NCBI GenBank assembly: GCA_947630545.1
Contig: CANRHX010000005.1
Location: forward strand, 44-64,043
Length of the DNA: 64,000 nucleotides
From: an uncultured Clostridia bacterium
Lineage (GTDB): Bacteria > Bacillota > Clostridia > TANB77 > CAG-508
Direction: 5' to 3'
A program made the translations under genes and the position numbers. Of this stretch, positions 28,643-37,735 are shown piece by piece. A model generated the notes under the pieces. That model was not told the DNA's origin. It saw only the letters and a program-made list of their open reading frames with translations, and searched no databases. Within the stretch, counting starts at the first letter, position 1; each line of letters starts with the position of its first letter.

Positions 28643-30016
28643 TTTTGCAAGTTCCATATATCTTTGTTTTTTATCTTTTATTTTTTTACCTTCTAACTCT
28701 GGAAGTATTCCAAAATTAGCATTCATAGGTTGGAATTTAGAATTTGGTGTAGATATATATTTTGCTAAGCTTCCTATTATTGTATTTTCCGAAAAAGTAA
28801 TAGGTTTATATTGTTCACTATTAGTTCCAAATTTATCTTTAAAATTAGCTTTAAAATCATTTATTGCATTTAATGAAGCAACCATTCCAGATGAAATTGA
28901 TTCAACATATCCTTCTACTCCAGTAATTTGCCCTGCAAAGTATATATTTTTATTTGATTTTAATTTATAAGTTTCATCTAGCAATTCTGGAGAATTAATA
29001 TATGTATTTCTATGCATTACTCCATATTTTACAAACTCTGCATTTTTAAGTCCAGGGATTATGCTAAATACTCTTTTTTGCTCTCCATATTTTAAATTTG
29101 TTTGAAATCCAACTAGATTATACATACTTGCAATTTTATCATCTTGCCTTAATTGAACTATTGCATAAGGTCTTTTCCCTGTCCTTGGATCATCAAATCC
29201 AACTGGCTTTAGTGGTCCAAACCTTAATGTATCTATTCCTCTTTTTGCCATTATTTCTATTGGCATACATCCTTCAAAAATTTCTTTCTTTTCAAATTCA
29301 TGCAAAGTAACAACTTCCGCTTCTACAAGATTTTTCCAAAATTCTTCATATTCTTCTTTATTTAAAGGTAAATTAATATAACTATTTTCTTCTTCGGTTT
29401 GCTCTTTAAGTCTTTTTTTCCATTCATCTATTGTCTCATCTTTTTTCTTTTCCTGAGAATATCTATCACCATAAAAAGCAACATTAAAATCTATGCTATC
29501 TTTATTTACAATTGGAGCAGCAGCATCATAAAAGTAAAATTTGTCTTGTCCTGTTATTTTTTGAATTTGAGTTGACAGTTTATCAGATGTTAACGGACCT
29601 GTTGCTATTATTACAATTCCATCTTGTGCCATTTGCTTTAAATTATCTGTAACCTCTTCATGTATTACCTCAATTAATTCATTTGATTTAATTGCATCTG
29701 TTACCTTTTTAGCAAAATTTTCTCTATCTACTGCTAAAGCCTGTCCAGCAGGTACTTTAGTTTCATCTGCAATATGAATAAGTAAAGAGTCTAATTTTCT
29801 AAGCTCCTCTTTTAATAATCCGCATGCATTGGTTAGCAAATTGGATTTAAATGAATTACTGCATACAATCTCTGCTAAATTTTCATTACTATGTGCTTGA
29901 GTATATTTTTTTGGTTTCATTTCATATAATTTTACTTTTATGCCTCTTTTTGCAATTTGGTAGGCAGATTCACAACCTGCTAAACCTCCACCAATTACAG
30001 TAATATAATCATTCAT
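28622..30016 (-). CDS. trmFO: Methylenetetrahydrofolate--tRNA-(uracil-5-)-methyltransferase TrmFO
   Basis: VIGGGLAGCESAYQIAKRGIKVKLYEMKP and a full-length Gid/TrmFO-like sequence. Confidence 0.93.
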   Translation of the reverse strand: MNDYITVIGGGLAGCESAYQIAKRGIKVKLYEMKPKKYTQAHSNENLAEIVCSNSFKSNLLTNACGLLKEELRKLDSLLIHIADETKVPAGQALAVDRENFAKKVTDAIKSNELIEVIHEEVTDNLKQMAQDGIVIIATGPLTSDKLSTQIQKITGQDKFYFYDAAAPIVNKDSIDFNVAFYGDRYSQEKKKDETIDEWKKRLKEQTEEENSYINLPLNKEEYEEFWKNLVEAEVVTLHEFEKKEIFEGCMPIEIMAKRGIDTLRFGPLKPVGFDDPRTGKRPYAIVQLRQDDKIASMYNLVGFQTNLKYGEQKRVFSIIPGLKNAEFVKYGVMHRNTYINSPELLDETYKLKSNKNIYFAGQITGVEGYVESISSGMVASLNAINDFKANFKDKFGTNSEQYKPITFSENTIIGSLAKYISTPNSKFQPMNANFGILPELEGKKIKDKKQRYMELAKRSLENF

Positions 30017-30081
30017 TCTTATCCTCCAATTTATGCTTTTAAAACAATCTTGCTCATCAATTTTTTCAACTTATTTGTGTT

Positions 30082-33072
30082 CTATTCAAATAAACTCATT
30101 AAATCTTCTTTAGAAAGCTTACTAATAAATGTAGTCTTTGTATCTAACACATTATCAATTAGTGTTTCTTTCTTTTTTTGAAGTTCATAAATTTTTTCTT
30201 CAATTGAATTTTTAGTAATCAATTTATAAACTTGTACATTATTTTTTTGTCCAATTCTATATGCTCTATCTGTTGCTTGATTTTCTGTAGACAAGTTCCA
30301 CCATGGATCATAATGAATTACCATATCTGCTCCTGTTAAATTAAGTCCCGTTCCTCCAGCTTTAAGTGAAATCAAAAATACTTTTATTTCGTCATTAGAA
30401 TTAAATTCATCTACTAAATTTATTCTTTCATCCACTTTGGTTAAACCTGTTAGTTTGAAATACTTTATATTTTTTTCATTTAATTTTTCTTCAATAATTC
30501 CAAGCATTGATGTATATGATGAAAACAATAATATTTTATGTCCTCCCTTTGTTGCTTCTTCTACTATTTCCATACATTGTTCTAGCTTGCTACTCTCACC
30601 TTGATAATCTTTTATAAATAAACTTGGGTGGCAACAAATTTGTCTAAGTCTTGTAAGTGCTGCTAATACTTTCATTTGATTTTTTCCATAATTATTTGAT
30701 TGAATTATATTGGCAACATCTTCTTTTACATTTGCTAAATATGATAAATAAATTTGTTGTTGTTCTTCTTGCATTTCGCTTTCTAACACTGTTACCTCTT
30801 TTTCAGGCAATTCTGTCAATACTTCTTTTTTTGTTCTCCTTAACACAAATGGCTCAATTAGTGTTTTTAATTTTTCTAAAGTTTTTATATCTTCGTCTTT
30901 AACAATAGGAATTTCATACATTGTTTTAAATTTTTTATATGTATATAAATATCCTGGCATAATAAAATCAAATATTGACCATAACTCTGCAAGTGAATTT
31001 TCTATTGGTGTCCCTGTTAGAGCATATCTTGTATCTGCTTTTAATTCTTTAATAGCTTTTGCATTTTGAGTATTACTATTTTTTAAATATTGAGCCTCGT
31101 CAGCAATTATAAATCTAAAATTGTAATTCATCATTGTATATAAATCTATATCTCTTTTTAGTAAATCATACGATGTTATTACTAAATCATATTTTGGTAT
31201 ATTATTTATTAATTGCTTTCTTTCAGATAGATTTCCTCTAATTACTAACACATTTAAATCTTTAGCAAATTTTTTTGATTCGTTTTTCCAATTTAATGTA
31301 AGTGAACTTGGAGCGATTACTAGGCTTGCTCTTTTAGGTTCTAAACTTTCTTGCCCTTCTATGTTTCCATTTTTATTATTGTAGCTTTTTATATAATCTA
31401 AAATTATTGATAGTATTTGAATTGTCTTTCCAAGTCCCATATCATCTGCAAGAATACCACCAAATTTATAATTATCTAATACTTTTAACCATTTAAATCC
31501 TGTCTTTTGGTAGTATCTAAGTGTATTTTCTACCTCATCTGGTATATTTATTTCTTCTAATTGATTTTTGTCTAATTGAGTAACAATTTTTTTATAGTCT
31601 TCATTCATATTTACAGGAGTAGAATTTAGACTTTTTAATATTGTATTTAAATACATGGTTCTATTGACAGGAAGGATTACTTCTCCTTTTTGTAAGTCTT
31701 TATAACTGACATCCATTCCATTTATTAATTTGTCAAAAAATTCAACTTCTTTATTATCATTTAAATTTAAGAAACTACCATCTTTTAACCTATAATACTT
31801 TTTCTTAAGTTCATATTTTTCAATAGCTTTTTTTAACTCTTCTATATCGATATTCAAGTCTTCTAAATTTATTGATAATAAATCGTTTTGAATTTTTATA
31901 CCTATATTCCCTATATTTACTCCTTTTATTTGTTTTGTCTTAAAATTTTCTGTTACTAGAACTTCAAATCTGTTTATGTATTGTTGGATTCCTTCTGTTA
32001 TAAAATCGAAAATTTTATCATCATTAGGTAAAATAAATCTTAAATTTTTTACATCAAACATAAACCCTGTTTTTCTAAACATATTTAATGCCTTTGTTTC
32101 GTCAATTATATTTCTTGGAATATTTATTTTCTTTTTTTCATCTAAAGGATTAAATTCTTCCATTCCATACTTGAATATTAAATCTGCTACTATGTTTCCA
32201 GCTTTATCAAAGTCAAAAAACACTTTTACTTCTAGCTCTTTTGGTTTATATTCTTCTAATTCTCTCTCATCTATATTTTTAATTTTTATTGCATTTTTCA
32301 TTTTAGGCATAACTATTGAGAAAAATTGAGATAATTCTTCTCTTTCTAGCGTTACTTCTGTTAAATAGTTTTGTCTAAACATTTCTACTAATCTTATAAC
32401 TGTACTCTCGAAATTTTTGTCGCATCTGTAAAATTTATTTTTATATAAAATATATCTATAATCTTTTCCCTTTATTATTATAAGCTTGTATATATCTGTG
32501 TTTGGCTCTATTATAAATTCTTCATTATTTAATTGTTTTAATACAAATTCAATTTTTGGGTTTTCCTCTATAAATTGTACTTTTTCTATCTTTGCCTCTT
32601 TATAAAAATTGACATCTTGATCTTTTAATATTTCAAATATCTCGTCTATTCCACTATTTCCTATTATTATAGTATTTTCATTTAATGCTTTACCAAAGTA
32701 TTTATAATTACTGTTTGAATTTGAATTTGCAAATTTTATCATTTCAGCATATTTTAGAATAAATTTTAGTAATTTCTGGCTTTCTTCAGAAAAAGCATCT
32801 TCAGTATGTACAAATTGTAATCCTTCTCTATATTTAAAGTTTTCCCTATTAGTCATTCTTGTATAAAATTCAGAAAGATTTTTTATTTTGTACATTTTAT
32901 TTTTTCCAATTTTAAATTCAACTTTCATGTTTCCTGAAAATTTATCATATATTATTTGTGGTTCTATGTTTAAAGTGCCACTATCCTTACTTTTATTTTC
33001 TTCCCCACCTATGTTATCTATTTCTTCATTATATAATATATTTACTATTTTATTAAAATTTTTTGTAGACAT
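30082..33072 (-). CDS. SNF2-family helicase (YwqA/RapA-like)
   Basis: DDMGLGKT (motif I), DEAQYLKN (II), C-terminal helicase motifs (GGTGLNLT, QATDRAYRIGQ). Long N-terminal SNF2-associated region. Confidence 0.85.
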   Translation of the reverse strand: MSTKNFNKIVNILYNEEIDNIGGEENKSKDSGTLNIEPQIIYDKFSGNMKVEFKIGKNKMYKIKNLSEFYTRMTNRENFKYREGLQFVHTEDAFSEESQKLLKFILKYAEMIKFANSNSNSNYKYFGKALNENTIIIGNSGIDEIFEILKDQDVNFYKEAKIEKVQFIEENPKIEFVLKQLNNEEFIIEPNTDIYKLIIIKGKDYRYILYKNKFYRCDKNFESTVIRLVEMFRQNYLTEVTLEREELSQFFSIVMPKMKNAIKIKNIDERELEEYKPKELEVKVFFDFDKAGNIVADLIFKYGMEEFNPLDEKKKINIPRNIIDETKALNMFRKTGFMFDVKNLRFILPNDDKIFDFITEGIQQYINRFEVLVTENFKTKQIKGVNIGNIGIKIQNDLLSINLEDLNIDIEELKKAIEKYELKKKYYRLKDGSFLNLNDNKEVEFFDKLINGMDVSYKDLQKGEVILPVNRTMYLNTILKSLNSTPVNMNEDYKKIVTQLDKNQLEEINIPDEVENTLRYYQKTGFKWLKVLDNYKFGGILADDMGLGKTIQILSIILDYIKSYNNKNGNIEGQESLEPKRASLVIAPSSLTLNWKNESKKFAKDLNVLVIRGNLSERKQLINNIPKYDLVITSYDLLKRDIDLYTMMNYNFRFIIADEAQYLKNSNTQNAKAIKELKADTRYALTGTPIENSLAELWSIFDFIMPGYLYTYKKFKTMYEIPIVKDEDIKTLEKLKTLIEPFVLRRTKKEVLTELPEKEVTVLESEMQEEQQQIYLSYLANVKEDVANIIQSNNYGKNQMKVLAALTRLRQICCHPSLFIKDYQGESSKLEQCMEIVEEATKGGHKILLFSSYTSMLGIIEEKLNEKNIKYFKLTGLTKVDERINLVDEFNSNDEIKVFLISLKAGGTGLNLTGADMVIHYDPWWNLSTENQATDRAYRIGQKNNVQVYKLITKNSIEEKIYELQKKKETLIDNVLDTKTTFISKLSKEDLMSLFE

Positions 33073-33139
33073 GGTTGTTCTCCTTTACTTGGTTAATTAT
33101 TATATAATGAAAATCTCAAAATTGCAAGTATTATATAGA

Positions 33140-33168
33140 TAAAAACAAGTCTAATTTTAGACTTGTTT
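33140..33168 (-). terminator. Intrinsic terminator after scpB
   Basis: Minus-strand AAACAAGTCTA-aaatt-TAGACTTGTTT followed by TTTAT. Confidence 0.6.
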
Positions 33169-33187
33169 CATTAATTATATACGTAAT

Positions 33188-33751
33188 TCAATTATCTTCT
33201 ATTAAATCATCAATTACAATTTGTTGATTACTATCTAATTTGTATTTTGGTAGTTCTGGTAAATCAGCTAAAGATGTATAACCAAACATTTTTAAAAACT
33301 CATTTGTTGTTTTATATGTCATTGGTTTTCCGGGTAAATCAGATTTTCCAGCTTCTTCAATCAAACCATACTCTAATAATTTATATATACATCCATCTAC
33401 ATTAACTCCTCTTATTGCTTCTATTTCTGCTCTTGTTATTTTGGGATTATATGCAATTATTGAAACAGTTTCTAATGCTGCATTTGAAAGGTTCGGTTTG
33501 GCTCTTTTATCTATAACTGGATAAATAAAGTCATGTAGTTCCTTTTTTGTACAAAGTTGATAACTGTCTTCTATTTTTATTATTTCTATTCCCCTATTTT
33601 GAGATTTGTATTCTTCTTCCATATTTTCTATTATTTTTTCTAAATCTTCTTTAGAAATTTCTAGAATTAAAGCTAATTCTTTTGATGCTACTGCTTGTCC
33701 AGATGCAAAAAGTATTGCTTCTATTATTGATTTTATTTTTTCTATTTCCAT
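33188..33751 (-). CDS. scpB: Segregation and condensation protein B
   Basis: IIEAILFASGQAV...; two winged-helix repeats typical of ScpB. 187 aa. Confidence 0.88.
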   Translation of the reverse strand: MEIEKIKSIIEAILFASGQAVASKELALILEISKEDLEKIIENMEEEYKSQNRGIEIIKIEDSYQLCTKKELHDFIYPVIDKRAKPNLSNAALETVSIIAYNPKITRAEIEAIRGVNVDGCIYKLLEYGLIEEAGKSDLPGKPMTYKTTNEFLKMFGYTSLADLPELPKYKLDSNQQIVIDDLIEDN

Positions 33752-33783
33752 TATTTTTTCCTACTTTTCTTTACTTTTGTTTT

Positions 33784-33813
33784 ATATTATCATAATAATT
33801 TTATTTATGTCAA
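33784..33813 (-). promoter_or_regulatory. Promoter for scpB
   Basis: On the minus strand: TTGACA (33808-33813), 18 nt, TGaTAATAT (extended -10). Confidence 0.5.
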
Positions 33814-33839
33814 GAATGATAATTTAAGATTTATTATAT

Positions 33840-33868
33840 TTGCAATATGGTGTAAAACATGATATAAT
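33840..33868 (+). promoter_or_regulatory. Promoter for the tandem-Nudix gene
   Basis: TTGCAA (33840-33845), 17 nt, TATAAT (33863-33868) with TG at -15/-14. This shows the track's TTG start at 33840 is really the -35 box. Confidence 0.6.
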
Positions 33869-33890
33869 TTATGTATATAATTTGAGAGGG

Positions 33891-35219
33891 ATGATTATTA
33901 TAGCAAACTATAAAAAAATAGAAGAAGTATATAAAAACGATGGATTTGAAGAAAATCATGAAGAACCAATAAGACAGAATAGAATAACATACCCAGACCC
34001 TTCAGCCACTACCGAAAAAGATGCCACTCAAAACTATGTTGATTATCTTGACTTAGCAGTTGTAATATTGGTTAGAGCTAACGAAAATGGGCAAATGGAA
34101 TTTGGATTGATTGAAAAACCCTCTCCTGCATTTATGACTGATAAAAATGATGAATTTAATGGAATGTTTTTAGAAGCCCCTGCATTTGTTTTACCTGGAA
34201 AAGGAAAATTACCAGAAAATATTGGCGAAATTCTAAAGGATCATATATCTAAAATGGGATTAACAATGCATAGATTCTCTGATTTAGATACAACAGGCAC
34301 ATCTGTTTGTCAATCTTTTACTAACCAAGATGCTTATTTCTTTGTAGCAAGCATTGATGAAAAAGAGCAAGATAAAAACAGTAATATACATTGGTTTCCA
34401 ATGTCTTCTTTGGAATCTTATATCAATATGCAAAGATGGAATGACAAGGAGATTAACAAAGAGAATTTACATAGTACTCTTCAAACACAATATCCTTTGA
34501 TGCTACTATCAGAAAAATATAAAGAACAACTACAAAAAATACCTGCAACAGAATTCAAATTAGATAAACCTGTAGCTAAACCTATATTAATAAAAAAAGA
34601 CAGTGTAATTCCTCAAGGTTACCGTTTTAGTATAGAAGGAGCTTGGTATTATCCTTCAGAAAACGACCCAAGCACAATAGAATATTCTACTTTCTTAAAT
34701 GCTCAAGCAAAGGGAAAAGAACAAGCAAGAGCTGCAAATTGTTTATTAATGGCTGAAGATTTATCTACAATAGATTTAAGAGACCAATTTAGAAGTCCTT
34801 ATTTAGAAGGAGGGTATCCCTATAAACGTGAAACTTCTGGTGGTTTAGTAGAGAAGAATGAACCTGATAAAAAAGCTGCAACAAGAGAGTTAGCAGAAGA
34901 ATATGGTATATCAACGGATGATGCATGTCCACTTACAGGACCAGTTGCTGCTACATACCTAAATAATGAAGTTACAGTTATATATCAAGCATTTACTGAT
35001 AAAGCTATAGAATGTAAACAACGTTTTGATGAAGGTGGAGAATTTATTGGTAATAAAAACATAAGTACTTTTGAAGAATTAAGTAATACGCAAAAACTTA
35101 GAAACAGTACTTTAACAACAAAATTTGCTATTCAATGTGCAAAAAGAGAATTAGAAAAACAAAAATTAGGAAATGATAATCAAATTAAGAATAAAACAAC
35201 TGATGATCTTGAACTATAG
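33891..35219 (+). CDS. Two-domain Nudix-fold protein (degenerate N-terminal box + canonical C-terminal Nudix box)
   Basis: Start moved to the ATG at 33891, after a GAGAGGG RBS. The C-terminal box GLVEKNEPDKKAATRELAEEYGI fits Gx5Ex7REUxEExGU exactly. The N-terminal half GKGKLPENIGEILKDHISKMGL keeps the spacing but loses RE/EE. Confidence 0.7.
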   Translation: MIIIANYKKIEEVYKNDGFEENHEEPIRQNRITYPDPSATTEKDATQNYVDYLDLAVVILVRANENGQMEFGLIEKPSPAFMTDKNDEFNGMFLEAPAFVLPGKGKLPENIGEILKDHISKMGLTMHRFSDLDTTGTSVCQSFTNQDAYFFVASIDEKEQDKNSNIHWFPMSSLESYINMQRWNDKEINKENLHSTLQTQYPLMLLSEKYKEQLQKIPATEFKLDKPVAKPILIKKDSVIPQGYRFSIEGAWYYPSENDPSTIEYSTFLNAQAKGKEQARAANCLLMAEDLSTIDLRDQFRSPYLEGGYPYKRETSGGLVEKNEPDKKAATRELAEEYGISTDDACPLTGPVAATYLNNEVTVIYQAFTDKAIECKQRFDEGGEFIGNKNISTFEELSNTQKLRNSTLTTKFAIQCAKRELEKQKLGNDNQIKNKTTDDLEL

Positions 35220-35256
35220 TAATTATTTAAAATATATGGTTAGGGGGTTATGTAAT

Positions 35257-35412
35257 ATGATTGAGAGCGAAGAAAAAAAAGAAATAGAAATCGTTGATGG
35301 CGACGGTACAAACCTAGATATTTCACCTGTTTATGAAGATATAGGTGATTTAAGACCAAAAACAAATAATGAAAAACCTAAAGACATTATAATACCTAAA
35401 GTAAAAAAATAA
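35257..35412 (+). CDS. Possible 51-aa acidic protein
   Basis: AGGGGG RBS 9 nt before the ATG at 35257. MIESEEKKEIEIVDGDGTNLDISPVYEDIGDLRPK.... No homology recognised. Confidence 0.4.
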   Translation: MIESEEKKEIEIVDGDGTNLDISPVYEDIGDLRPKTNNEKPKDIIIPKVKK

Positions 35413-35593
35413 GTTTGTTATTGGTTGTGTCATTGGTTCCGGGTTTGCTTGACACATTTTGTGCTATCGGTGCAAGGTCTAAGTGTTTTAAACCTGGCAC
35501 CGATGGCACAAAATGTGTCAAGCAAACCCGGAACCAGTGGCACAAAATGTGTCAACCAAACCCGGAACCAATGACACACAACCAGTAATAAAC
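35413..35593. repeat. Hyper-palindromic intergenic element, copy A (181 bp; one left arm, right arm with an extra 31-bp unit)
   Basis: Left arm tgtgtcattggttccgggtttgcttgacacattttgtgctatcggtgcaaggt (from 35426). Right arm acctggcaccgatggcacaaaatgtgtcaagcaaacccggaacc... (from 35493). 31-bp units lie at 35426-35456, 35514-35544 and 35548-35578. The element fills the whole gap between two convergent stops (35412, 35594). Confidence 0.9.
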
Positions 35594-36259
35594 TTATTTT
35601 TTATTTGCAATTTCACCTTGATTTTTATAAATACTATTTTCCGCAACTACACCTCTTACAGAAGATAATGGATAAATATTAGTATTTTTACAAATTACAC
35701 TTCCAGGATTTAAAACAGATCCGCAACCAACTTCTACATTATCGCCAATCATACATCCGAATTTTTTTAATCCTGTTTCATATAATTTATCTCCATCTTT
35801 TACAACAACTAATTTTTTATCTGATTTAACATTTGAAGTTATTGATCCAGCACCCATATGTGACTTATAACCTAATATTGAATCTCCTACATAATTATAA
35901 TGTGGAACTTGAACATTATTAAATAATACTACGTTTTTTAATTCTGTAGAATTTCCCACAACTGAGTTTTCTCCTACAATTGCATTTCCTCTAATAAAAG
36001 CACAATGTCTTATTTCGGCATTTTTTCCTATTATTGCAGGTCCAGTAATACTTGCTGTAGGTGCCACTTTGGCTGATTTAGCAATCCAAACATTCTCATA
36101 TTTTTCTTCATACTCATCTTTATTTAAGCTTTTTCCTAATTCTTTTATAAATTCACTTATTTTAGGTAATACTTCCCATGGATATGTGGCACCATCAAAT
36201 AACTTTGATGCAATTGTTTCTTTTAAATTATATAAATTTTTTATTGTTATATCATTCAT
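35594..36259 (-). CDS. Left-handed beta-helix (hexapeptide-repeat) acyl/acetyltransferase-like protein
   Basis: Repeated [LIV]G...... hexapeptide pattern (IIGKNAEIRHCAFIRGNAIVGENSVVGNSTELKN...). Confidence 0.65.
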   Translation of the reverse strand: MNDITIKNLYNLKETIASKLFDGATYPWEVLPKISEFIKELGKSLNKDEYEEKYENVWIAKSAKVAPTASITGPAIIGKNAEIRHCAFIRGNAIVGENSVVGNSTELKNVVLFNNVQVPHYNYVGDSILGYKSHMGAGSITSNVKSDKKLVVVKDGDKLYETGLKKFGCMIGDNVEVGCGSVLNPGSVICKNTNIYPLSSVRGVVAENSIYKNQGEIANKK

Positions 36260-36277
36260 GTTTTTTCTCCTTTTTGT

Positions 36278-37534
36278 TTATAAATTTTCTTGTTGTCTTT
36301 CCCAATATTTTTCATATAATTCTTTTGCAGTTTTTGGACTATCTGCACCTTCTTTATTCTTTACTGGTGCAAAGTCATCTTCTCTTTTTCCTCTTAATAT
36401 TGCCATATCATCGAAAAACTCAAAAGCATCAAAAATAAAAGATTCAAATTTGTATGAATTTGGCTCGTCAGGAATTACTTCTTTTCCATTTTCATCTATA
36501 TATGAATTTTTCTTAATTGCAGTATGGTACATTAAAGGTTCTACACTAACTTTTTCTATTGCTTCAATTGTATATAAATGGCATAGAATATTTGATTCTC
36601 CAAATTTAAGTTCTCCTTTGTTATCTACTTCTTCAGCCATTTTTTCTGGAAGTTCTGTATATTCGATAACTTTTGGATGACCATTCATTTTGCAGAATAC
36701 TCCTACTTTTTCATGTGGATTGGCTTTAACTACTGATTTTGCTGCTACTTGATATTTTTTGTCTATAGCAACTCCTAGCAAAGTTACATCTGCCATCTTT
36801 AATAAAACGTTATCTACTCCACCTATGAATATCCATTTTATTCCTCTTTCTTTCATATCAGATAACATTCCACTTGCTCTTAATGAAGCATAAGTTCCAC
36901 CATTTCCGTCTGAAGCTTCTTTTATTTTCATTTCTTTACTTATTAATAATTTTCCATTTTTATCTAATAATGGTAATTCTCCTTGAATAAATAGTGTTAC
37001 GTAATTTCTATCATATCCGAAATAGTTATTTTTTTCTAAAAAGTCTTTAGTCATTTGATTATTTTCTTTACTTGTCATTATGTACCATGGTATTATTTTT
37101 CCGTATTTTTTATTAGCTTCTTTTAGATTTTCTGCAAGAATTTCGAATAAATATTTTCCTTTTCCATATACATCCAATTTAAAAGTTCCTTTTGGTCCTG
37201 GGTGTCCTAGTCTTGTTCCTTGCCCTCCTGCCATTGTTACCACTGCGTATTGTCCATTTTCTAATACTTGTTTACCTAATTCATCATATTTTTGTTTTTC
37301 AGTAGCACTTAATTTTGCTTTATCTAAATACTCAATTGGCTTTATTTCTCTTTCTTTTATTTCAATTTTCTTTTTAGTATTGTCATATAATTCGGAAAGA
37401 TTATGGAAATCAATATTTAAAACCTGCTTTGCAAGTTCTGATTGTTTGCTTTCTTCTATTTTATCAAATAATTTTACAATATGATCTTGATTGTATTCTT
37501 TTAATATTCCTTTTGCCCTTTCTATTTCATTCAT
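36278..37534 (-). CDS. UDPGP-family (UAP1/eukaryotic-type) UDP-sugar pyrophosphorylase
   Basis: VVTMAGGQGTRLGHPGPKGTF nucleotide-binding loop, DGNGG, ...GGVDN. 418 aa. Confidence 0.7.
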   Translation of the reverse strand: MNEIERAKGILKEYNQDHIVKLFDKIEESKQSELAKQVLNIDFHNLSELYDNTKKKIEIKEREIKPIEYLDKAKLSATEKQKYDELGKQVLENGQYAVVTMAGGQGTRLGHPGPKGTFKLDVYGKGKYLFEILAENLKEANKKYGKIIPWYIMTSKENNQMTKDFLEKNNYFGYDRNYVTLFIQGELPLLDKNGKLLISKEMKIKEASDGNGGTYASLRASGMLSDMKERGIKWIFIGGVDNVLLKMADVTLLGVAIDKKYQVAAKSVVKANPHEKVGVFCKMNGHPKVIEYTELPEKMAEEVDNKGELKFGESNILCHLYTIEAIEKVSVEPLMYHTAIKKNSYIDENGKEVIPDEPNSYKFESFIFDAFEFFDDMAILRGKREDDFAPVKNKEGADSPKTAKELYEKYWERQQENL

Positions 37535-37657
37535 TTTGTAACTCTTCCTTTCTGCTATATATTGATATTTTTTATTCTACTACATAATATGTTTATAAAT
37601 TGCCATTTGATATTCTAACATATATTTATTAATTTGGCAAATATTTTTTTTAAACTT

Positions 37658-37689
37658 GTCATATTATTTAAATTCTCCCAATATACATT
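37658..37689 (+). promoter_or_regulatory. Sigma-E-like promoter upstream of spoIVA
   Basis: GTCATATT (37658-37665) then TATACATT (37682-37689). This resembles the B. subtilis sigma-E -35 (kcATAtt) and -10 (CATACAhT) boxes. The 16-nt spacer is slightly longer than the textbook value. Confidence 0.4.
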
Positions 37690-37735
37690 AATTAAAGTTA
37701 CTTAGTACATGTTTAAATTTAAAGGAGGTTTATAG

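Noticed and set aside
33840-33890. Track-predicted N-terminal extensions: Nudix gene TTG start at 33840, nrdD 54524-54616, nrdG 52336-52386, pilin-like gene 1518-1544, XRE 40615-40623
   Set aside because: In each case an internal ATG with a proper RBS matches the conserved family N-terminus. The extension covers promoter hexamers, a repeat unit or the RBS itself.
35413-35593. Autonomous mobile element (IS/transposon) or tRNA-like gene at the palindromic loci
   Set aside because: There is no transposase or integrase ORF anywhere in the window. The elements have no cloverleaf-compatible structure. They are therefore reported only as non-coding repeats of unknown mobility.
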